DNA of 64,000 nt from a virus. Position 1 is the first letter of the stretch; each line of letters starts with the position of its first letter. Shown here in pieces: positions 58,152 through 64,000 of this stretch. The stretch lies in IMG/VR virus record IMGVR_UViG_3300035696_000016, positions 1 to 64,000 of that record. One strand, 5' to 3'. Under the pieces are notes generated by a model. That model made no database searches. It saw only the letters and a program-made list of their open reading frames with translations, and was not told where the DNA came from. A program made the translations under genes and the position numbers.

Positions 58152-58957
58152 TGAAAACATTCAAAGCCACAATTCACATCGGATTAGGTGATATAATTTA
58201 TACACGTGGTCAATTCGATCCAGTAAAACATTTATATGATAGAATTGAAATATCATTTAATAAAATGTTATATGGGCTACATGATGATAACTATCCGATT
58301 TTTTTAAATGATCTTGGAAAACTACTATTTTCAGAACACCCATATGTATTAACTGACGCCGATCATCCACACCTTAATCCAGTTGATATGGCAAAAGAAG
58401 CAAAACCATGCAAACCAGATTTAAAAAATATTTTATGTAAAGGAAACTCGTTAAATTTAGGTTCTGAATACATTGTATTAACAACAAAATTACGATATTT
58501 TCGCAGAAATATATTTAATAGTCTATCTAATGAACTATTTAATACAATAAAAGAACTATCAAATAAATATAAAATAGTTGTTTTAGGTGAAAAAATTATT
58601 GAAATGAATAATGAATATAAGTTTTGGGGAAATAACGAAATATATAGTATTTACGATGATATAATTAAGAATATTCCAGCGGATAAATTAGTTGATTTAA
58701 CAATTCCAGCATTAGGAATAACAAGCCCTAAATTGTCGCAAGTCCAACAAGATTGTTTAATAATGAAGGAAGCAAAATTAGTAATATCACTTGGAGTAGG
58801 GGGTAATTTTTGTATGGCAACAGCAGTTGCCAATACAGTAGGATATAGAACGGATAATGATCCAATTGCCAATGCCGCATTCGACAGAGAATACCCAGAC
58901 GCTATAATAACTAAAAATTGGACATATTTTATAGAAACATTAAAAAAATACTTATAG
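58151..58957 (+). CDS. Putative GT9-like glycosyltransferase
   Basis: IGLGD, IVVLGE, DLT, A..VI..G.GG. Confidence 0.5.
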   Translation: MKTFKATIHIGLGDIIYTRGQFDPVKHLYDRIEISFNKMLYGLHDDNYPIFLNDLGKLLFSEHPYVLTDADHPHLNPVDMAKEAKPCKPDLKNILCKGNSLNLGSEYIVLTTKLRYFRRNIFNSLSNELFNTIKELSNKYKIVVLGEKIIEMNNEYKFWGNNEIYSIYDDIIKNIPADKLVDLTIPALGITSPKLSQVQQDCLIMKEAKLVISLGVGGNFCMATAVANTVGYRTDNDPIANAAFDREYPDAIITKNWTYFIETLKKYL

Positions 58958-58964
58958 GAATAAT

Positions 58965-59588
58965 ATGTTTTATGGTCAATTCGAGTTAGATAGAATTATT
59001 TATGAAACATTTTTCCAAAATAAAAGAAACGGATTTTTTGTCGAATGTGGGGCATTCGATGGATTGACGGAATGCACTTGTAAGTTTTTTGAAGAAACTA
59101 TGGGATGGACTGGATTGAATATAGAGCCTACGCCATACGCATTTAACAAATTAAAACAAAATAGACCAAATTGTATAAATGAAAATTATGCCTTGTCATC
59201 AGCAACGGGTAAAGCGATTTTTACAAATGCCATTCACCCATCACATGGATTGCATTTTGGAAATGGATCATTATCACATTCGGAAAATCATAAAAATGAA
59301 TTAATAAATACCGGATGTTCATTCGAAACCTTCGAGGTTAATAAAATAATATTTATAGACTTATATAATAAATATTCATTACCAGATATAGATTTATTCG
59401 TTTTAGATGTGGAAGGACACGAAGCAGACGCACTAAAAGGTATCTTATTACTTCCACAACATGCATTACCAAAAGTTTTTTGCATTGAGAACTCAATCAC
59501 TAATTCTAATAAAATAGTACATATGCTATCACAAAGTTATATTTTTCATAGCCAACACGCACATAACGCGTTTTACACAAAAATATAA
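58965..59588 (+). CDS. FkbM-family methyltransferase
   Basis: GFFVECGAFDG, GW.GL.IEP, LDVEGHE. Confidence 0.9.
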   Translation: MFYGQFELDRIIYETFFQNKRNGFFVECGAFDGLTECTCKFFEETMGWTGLNIEPTPYAFNKLKQNRPNCINENYALSSATGKAIFTNAIHPSHGLHFGNGSLSHSENHKNELINTGCSFETFEVNKIIFIDLYNKYSLPDIDLFVLDVEGHEADALKGILLLPQHALPKVFCIENSITNSNKIVHMLSQSYIFHSQHAHNAFYTKI

Positions 59589-59589
59589 T

Positions 59590-60429
59590 ATGAGTAGCGA
59601 AAAACTCCAAAAAGTTTTAGGATTAAATGAGTATCAGCCTAAAACTAAATATGTATGTTTTCTTCCTTTCATCGGAGAATTTGGATGGATGATCACTACA
59701 TTCGTCAAGCGCATTCAAGGCTATAACCACGCCAACAAAATCGTTTGCACAAAACGAGGACACGAATGTTTATACCCTTCCGCAACGCAATTTTTCTACG
59801 ATTGGCAAGATATTCCAGATCATATGAAAGCGGGTATTTACGAGAAGTTCGATCACGAAGAAATCATCAAAGAAAAAATCAAAACTCAATTAAATACAGA
59901 CGATATTCATTTTTGTTCCCCATCAGAAACTTCGTGGGATGAAAAGAAAACATTAGCAAATAATATATTTATTCCAAAATCAAATCATAATCTTGGACTA
60001 AAAACGGATATCGTAATTACTCCTCGCAATCGTAAGATGGATCCAGATAGAAACTGGAGACAAGAAAACTGGCAACTCGTTGTGGATGAGTTAGCAAAAT
60101 TAAATATCACAGTAGGCGTATGTGGAGCAAAAGATTCGACATTCCAATTAGATAATATAAAATATAAATCATATGATTATATAGATGTCGATAGTGATGT
60201 TGAATTGATGACTAACGCACAATTAGTGATAACACAAGAAAGTGGATTACAATATCTATCATTTTTATGTCAGAGGCCAACATTTTGTATAGATCGCTAT
60301 CATAGGGATTTTGGCGCAGATCTCCATAGAAACCAACATATTCCATTCAGAGAATTAATGAGACAAGTATGGGATAAGCCACAAAGATTAGTAGGAGAGA
60401 TACAATTATTTTTAGACCAGAATAAGTAA
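59590..60429 (+). CDS. Putative GT9-like glycosyltransferase
   Basis: GEFGW, RNW..ENWQ, A.LVITQESGL.YL. Confidence 0.55.
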   Translation: MSSEKLQKVLGLNEYQPKTKYVCFLPFIGEFGWMITTFVKRIQGYNHANKIVCTKRGHECLYPSATQFFYDWQDIPDHMKAGIYEKFDHEEIIKEKIKTQLNTDDIHFCSPSETSWDEKKTLANNIFIPKSNHNLGLKTDIVITPRNRKMDPDRNWRQENWQLVVDELAKLNITVGVCGAKDSTFQLDNIKYKSYDYIDVDSDVELMTNAQLVITQESGLQYLSFLCQRPTFCIDRYHRDFGADLHRNQHIPFRELMRQVWDKPQRLVGEIQLFLDQNK

Positions 60430-60446
60430 TGATATAGCATTTAATA

Positions 60447-61556
60447 ATGAACTATATTCCAATGTATAAGCCCTATTTTCCGAAGGGCTCATTAAACCAC
60501 GCTCACGATGCATTGGATAGCACATGGGTATCTTCGCAAGGCAAGTATATTGATATGGCGAAAGAAAAACTCCAAGAATTACTTGGGGTTAAGTATGTCC
60601 AATTGCTCAATAATGGAACTTCGGCATGCCACTTAATGGCAAAAGCAGTTATTCGTAAGCATAAAATCAATGAAATCATTGTTCAAAATAATGTGTATGT
60701 TGCGGCGTGGAATGGATTCCTATTCGATGGCAATTGGAAACTTACAGCTATTGACGTAGATTTAGATACTTGGAACTTCGATTTAAATAAATTAGATACT
60801 GCGATAAAAGATAATCCATATGCAGCAGTATTGATTGTGCATAATATCGGAAATATAATTAATGTTCCAGCATTAAAACAAAAATACCCTAATACAATTT
60901 TTGTGGAGGACGCCTGCGAAGCGCTATTCGGTTCCTATGAAGGAAAACAAGCAGGAACAGATAGTTTTTGTTCAGCAATATCTTTCTTCGGTAATAAATC
61001 AATCACTTCGGGCGAGGGAGGCGCATTCCTAACCAATGACGAGGCTACATTCAATTATATAAAATGCGTTCAAGGTCAAGGGCAGTCAGACCAAAGGTTC
61101 ATTCATAACGAGTTAGGATATAATTATAGAATAACCAATGTGCAAGCAGCAATCCTATTAGGGCAACTCGAAATACTTCCAACGATTTTAGATATGAAGA
61201 ACGAAGTTTTTACAACATATCGAACTGCATTAAAAGATCGTGAAGATATATTTATGCAAAAAATTGAAGAAAATACAACACATTCCAATTGGATGTTCGG
61301 CATTCGAGTTCCAAATCATAAAGGATATAAAGAAGCAGAAGCATTTTTCAAGAAAAATAATATAGAAATACGACCAATGTTTTATTCTATTGATGAGCAT
61401 AAATATCTAAATAACAATAGTAAAGTATATTGGAATGATTGCACAAATGCCGATATTCTAAATAAAGAATGTTTTATTTTACCATCGTATCCTGAATTAA
61501 CGAAGGATGAACAAAAACATATATTAAAAACATTAGATGATTATCTCATCCCATAA
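60447..61556 (+). CDS. DegT/DnrJ/EryC1/StrS PLP aminotransferase (perosamine-synthase-like)
   Basis: NGTSA.HL, EDACEA, SFFGNKSITSGEGG, GYNYR. Confidence 0.92.
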   Translation: MNYIPMYKPYFPKGSLNHAHDALDSTWVSSQGKYIDMAKEKLQELLGVKYVQLLNNGTSACHLMAKAVIRKHKINEIIVQNNVYVAAWNGFLFDGNWKLTAIDVDLDTWNFDLNKLDTAIKDNPYAAVLIVHNIGNIINVPALKQKYPNTIFVEDACEALFGSYEGKQAGTDSFCSAISFFGNKSITSGEGGAFLTNDEATFNYIKCVQGQGQSDQRFIHNELGYNYRITNVQAAILLGQLEILPTILDMKNEVFTTYRTALKDREDIFMQKIEENTTHSNWMFGIRVPNHKGYKEAEAFFKKNNIEIRPMFYSIDEHKYLNNNSKVYWNDCTNADILNKECFILPSYPELTKDEQKHILKTLDDYLIP

Positions 61557-61572
61557 TTCCACATATTACTAT

Positions 61573-62712
61573 ATGAACCATCGTCAGCGCATCCGCATAT
61601 TAAAACTTGCCCAAGCAAATCCGTCAGCAGGTGCGCCAGCCAGTGCCCCCGGAACCGTTCCAGTGGCATCAACAACGACAACAACGGATAACAATACAGA
61701 TGCTTCAACAACCACGTCAGCACCAACTCTCAATTCTTCGCAAGCATCCGTCAATATCCGTGCCCTCCCATCGTTTCGACCTCAATTATTCCAACTTCGA
61801 CCAGATCTAATTGATGACTTCGGGAAACTCGCAAACACAATCAATAGATATCTTTTATTGTTGTCAGGAAACGTTATTAGTTTTTCAACGGTATATACAA
61901 ATCCTGCAATCACAGGCGATCAATATACACAAAGCGTAAAAAACCTATTAACGCTTGCAAAATGGATATATAACCTAATAACATCGCACGGGCCAGAATA
62001 CACAGTAGGCGTTCTTCAACAGATGACACAAACCTTACTATCTATGGTCAAATCATATGCGTTTTCCGAAAATAATGCCACAAACGCTCAAACAGAATTA
62101 GTTTCACAGGTGCAAACAATTATTACAAAACTTGGAACCGCAAATAAAACAAGCCAAGAAAGACAGCGTATTCTTCGCAGATTGGCACAAGCAAATCCAT
62201 CCGCAGGAGCACCAGCATCGGCACCGGGAACATCGGCAACATCAGCACCAACCACAACGACGACTTCCACTACAACGCCAACAACGACAACAACACCGGC
62301 AGCAGTAAAAATAGATATTCAGGCAATTCCGGGTTTTCGTCCCGATTTATTTTCTCAAAGACCAGATTTAATTCTCGATATGAGCAGAATTATTAATGCG
62401 GTGAATGGTTATTTACAAATGCTAACTCAAAATCAGGTCAATTTTCAGATGACTTGGCTTAATCCGAGTGTATCAGGGAGTGAGTATGTCAATAGTGTAA
62501 AAAACCTATATAATCTTGCAAAATGGTTATTCGGGGTTTTGACAACAAAAACAACAAAGTTTTATTCATTGGATGGATTAAAACAAATTGCCACAACTAT
62601 GATCAGTATGGTGCGTCAGTATTCTTTCCCAGAGCCATCAATGTCAAACACAGCAAGTCAATTAATAGCAATGAGTGAGAGTATGTTAGCAAAACTTGGC
62701 ACAACAAAATAA
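61573..62712 (+). CDS. Two-repeat protein with Thr-rich linkers, possibly virion-associated
   Basis: LAQANPSAGAPASAPGT occurs twice; the domain I.A.P.FRP.LF..RPDLI.D...SVKNL..LAKW..F.E..KLGT occurs twice. Confidence 0.7.
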   Translation: MNHRQRIRILKLAQANPSAGAPASAPGTVPVASTTTTTDNNTDASTTTSAPTLNSSQASVNIRALPSFRPQLFQLRPDLIDDFGKLANTINRYLLLLSGNVISFSTVYTNPAITGDQYTQSVKNLLTLAKWIYNLITSHGPEYTVGVLQQMTQTLLSMVKSYAFSENNATNAQTELVSQVQTIITKLGTANKTSQERQRILRRLAQANPSAGAPASAPGTSATSAPTTTTTSTTTPTTTTTPAAVKIDIQAIPGFRPDLFSQRPDLILDMSRIINAVNGYLQMLTQNQVNFQMTWLNPSVSGSEYVNSVKNLYNLAKWLFGVLTTKTTKFYSLDGLKQIATTMISMVRQYSFPEPSMSNTASQLIAMSESMLAKLGTTK

Positions 62713-62732
62713 ATCATTGATATATTGTTAAT

Positions 62733-63485
62733 ATGCTTACAACATTGCGTGAAAGGATCAAATCCTATGAGGATCAGTCCGATATAAAATTATTGAAAAA
62801 ACTTCCAGTCATAACGATTGTGAATGGAAGGCAATTTAAGAAACTTACGTCGTTATTAAATAAACCATTCGATATTAATTTTTTTGAGATATTTACTGCA
62901 ACGGCAATAAAACTAATGCAAGAAATTGATGGAAGTGTATTTTCATATTCTTTTAATGATGAAATTGTAATTATTAGTCGAAACGATCAAACAAACGATA
63001 CACAGCCATATTATGACAATCGAGTGCAAAAAATAGTTTCAGCAACAGCATCGATTGCAAGCATTGAATTTAGTAAAATGGCGGGAGCAAAGAATGTAGA
63101 CTTATTCGGAGATCCGATATTTACGAGCAAGTGTTTTGTCGTCCCTCATATTGGAGAGGCAATAAATACATTGATAGCAAAACAGCAACAATGTTTTCAT
63201 ATAGGGTTATATCAATGTTGTTTTTACAACTTGGTAAAACAACACGATATTGAAATAGTAAAAGAGACATTGGCTAAAAAAACCGTTGATGATAAGTTAG
63301 AGATTTTAATGGAAGATTTTGGAATAGATTTTAACGCCCTGCCCTTGACAATCCGCCGAGGCGTGGGAGTATATAGGGCAGTGGCGGAGGGGCTTGACAA
63401 ACCGCGGAAAAAGATTTATATTAACACGGAACTTCCCGTTTTTGCCAAGGCTCCGGAGTTTTTGAAAGATATTTTGAATGGATAA
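62733..63485 (+). CDS. Thg1-like tRNA(His) guanylyltransferase, degenerate
   Basis: RIKSYE, PVITIVNGRQF, KPFD, Y.FNDEI, R.QK..S..AS, RRG; TGATATATT at 62718 suggests a leaderless start. Confidence 0.8.
   Translation: MLTTLRERIKSYEDQSDIKLLKKLPVITIVNGRQFKKLTSLLNKPFDINFFEIFTATAIKLMQEIDGSVFSYSFNDEIVIISRNDQTNDTQPYYDNRVQKIVSATASIASIEFSKMAGAKNVDLFGDPIFTSKCFVVPHIGEAINTLIAKQQQCFHIGLYQCCFYNLVKQHDIEIVKETLAKKTVDDKLEILMEDFGIDFNALPLTIRRGVGVYRAVAEGLDKPRKKIYINTELPVFAKAPEFLKDILNG
63394..63422 (+). promoter_or_regulatory. sigma70-type promoter inside the Thg1-like gene
   Basis: TTGACA-17 bp-TATATT, 55 nt before the family-B ORF at 63478. Confidence 0.65.
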
Positions 63486-63753
63486 ATTATATTACTTAAC
63501 TCCGTGGCAGAAAAAACAAGATGATTTTTATTTTGCACGATATTCCATTGGTGATAATTTTAGACGAGCAATAGTATATCTAATCGAACCATACAAGAAA
63601 ACTAATGATAGTGAATGGGCTGGTTCGGAAACTGGTAATAAATTGTGCAAAACCAAAAAAGAAATTATGAAACGCACAGATAAAGAGTTGGTGGATCGCG
63701 GGTATATCTTACTAACGCAAGAACAATATGATAAACTCATAATTTTAGTATGA
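63478..63753 (+). CDS. Tailed protein, family B
   Basis: YLTPW...DKELVDRGYILLTQEQYDKLIILV. Confidence 0.75.
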   Translation: MDKLYYLTPWQKKQDDFYFARYSIGDNFRRAIVYLIEPYKKTNDSEWAGSETGNKLCKTKKEIMKRTDKELVDRGYILLTQEQYDKLIILV

Positions 63754-64000
63754 ATAAAGTATATTTTTCACCTTGGATTGATGTTGGAACATACCATTGG
63801 GAAAGAAAATCTTTTAGTAAAATATATTTTGTCTATTTATATGATATTCATAGATTGGATAATTATTCATGTTCAGCCTGCATCGATGGTATGTCTATAT
63901 ATCATATAGATGTAAAAGGGAAAATAAATGCTTTCAATCATATGAATAAATGGCTTGCAGATAATAAATGTGTTTTGTTGTCCCAAGAACAATGGGATAA
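63750..64000 (+). CDS. Partial family B protein running off the window
   Basis: MNKVYFSPW...LADNKCVLLSQEQWD. Confidence 0.7.
   Translation, partial: MNKVYFSPWIDVGTYHWERKSFSKIYFVYLYDIHRLDNYSCSACIDGMSIYHIDVKGKINAFNHMNKWLADNKCVLLSQEQWD

Noticed and set aside
2577-63753. Tail motif as an integron attC-like or recombination DNA site
   Set aside because: There are no palindromic inter-cassette spacers because genes overlap by ATGA/GTGA/TTGA, synonymous codons vary, and no integrase is in the window. Homology-driven shuffling through the tails is not fully excluded.
1-64000. CRISPR array, tRNA or rRNA genes
   Set aside because: No regularly spaced direct repeats or cloverleaf-like sequence were seen, and intergenic gaps are short. 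A tRNAscan/Infernal run would be needed to exclude them.
1-64000. Alternative genetic code (stop reassignment)
   Set aside because: Long enzymes are intact in code 11, and TAA, TGA and TAG all end ORFs exactly at the tail motif.
1-64000. Eukaryotic giant virus or bacterial chromosome origin
   Set aside because: The Zn-repeat nuclease and glycosyl cluster resemble giant-virus content, but sigma70 promoters, translational coupling and lipoproteins argue for a bacterial host. The lack of housekeeping operons and the many tiny orphan ORFs argue against a chromosome. No phage hallmark gene is in the window, so this remains an inference.

Overview
AT-rich, densely coding, almost entirely +-strand region read in standard code 11. 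It looks like the accessory arm of a very large (jumbo/huge) bacteriophage: about 130 mostly short ORFs with stop/start overlaps, sigma70-type promoters, six free-standing putative homing endonucleases and a truncated IS200/IS605 tnpB. No hallmark capsid, terminase or polymerase gene is in the window, so the phage call is an inference. Recognisable genes include a UvrD helicase, an AAA+ ATPase with a DUF2201-type VWA/metallopeptidase, YeaH/YhbH, a vWA protein, several peptidases, three ATP-grasp enzymes, an RNA-repair set (PNK/phosphatase, RNA ligase, RlaP-like nucleotidyltransferase, Thg1-like, TrmH), pyrE, IscA/HesB, a fatty-acid hydroxylase, an FGE/SUMF1 protein and a 9-kb glycosylation cluster. 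The main unexplained signal: 38 intact ORFs (nearly all small; plus 3 partial or frameshifted), from at least seven unrelated families, end in the same C-terminal tail, [D/E]-[K/R]-[Y/L]-x-[L/V/I/M]-L-x-stop, and none of the recognisable enzymes carries it. This suggests an undescribed C-terminal sorting, docking or degradation tag. One tailed family resembles PC4-like ssDNA-binding proteins. A second set of genes shares a TAAT-N6-G(C/T)AT upstream motif, and several of these also share an N-terminal 'L.K.A..F.K' motif. All family calls are from motif reading, not database searches.
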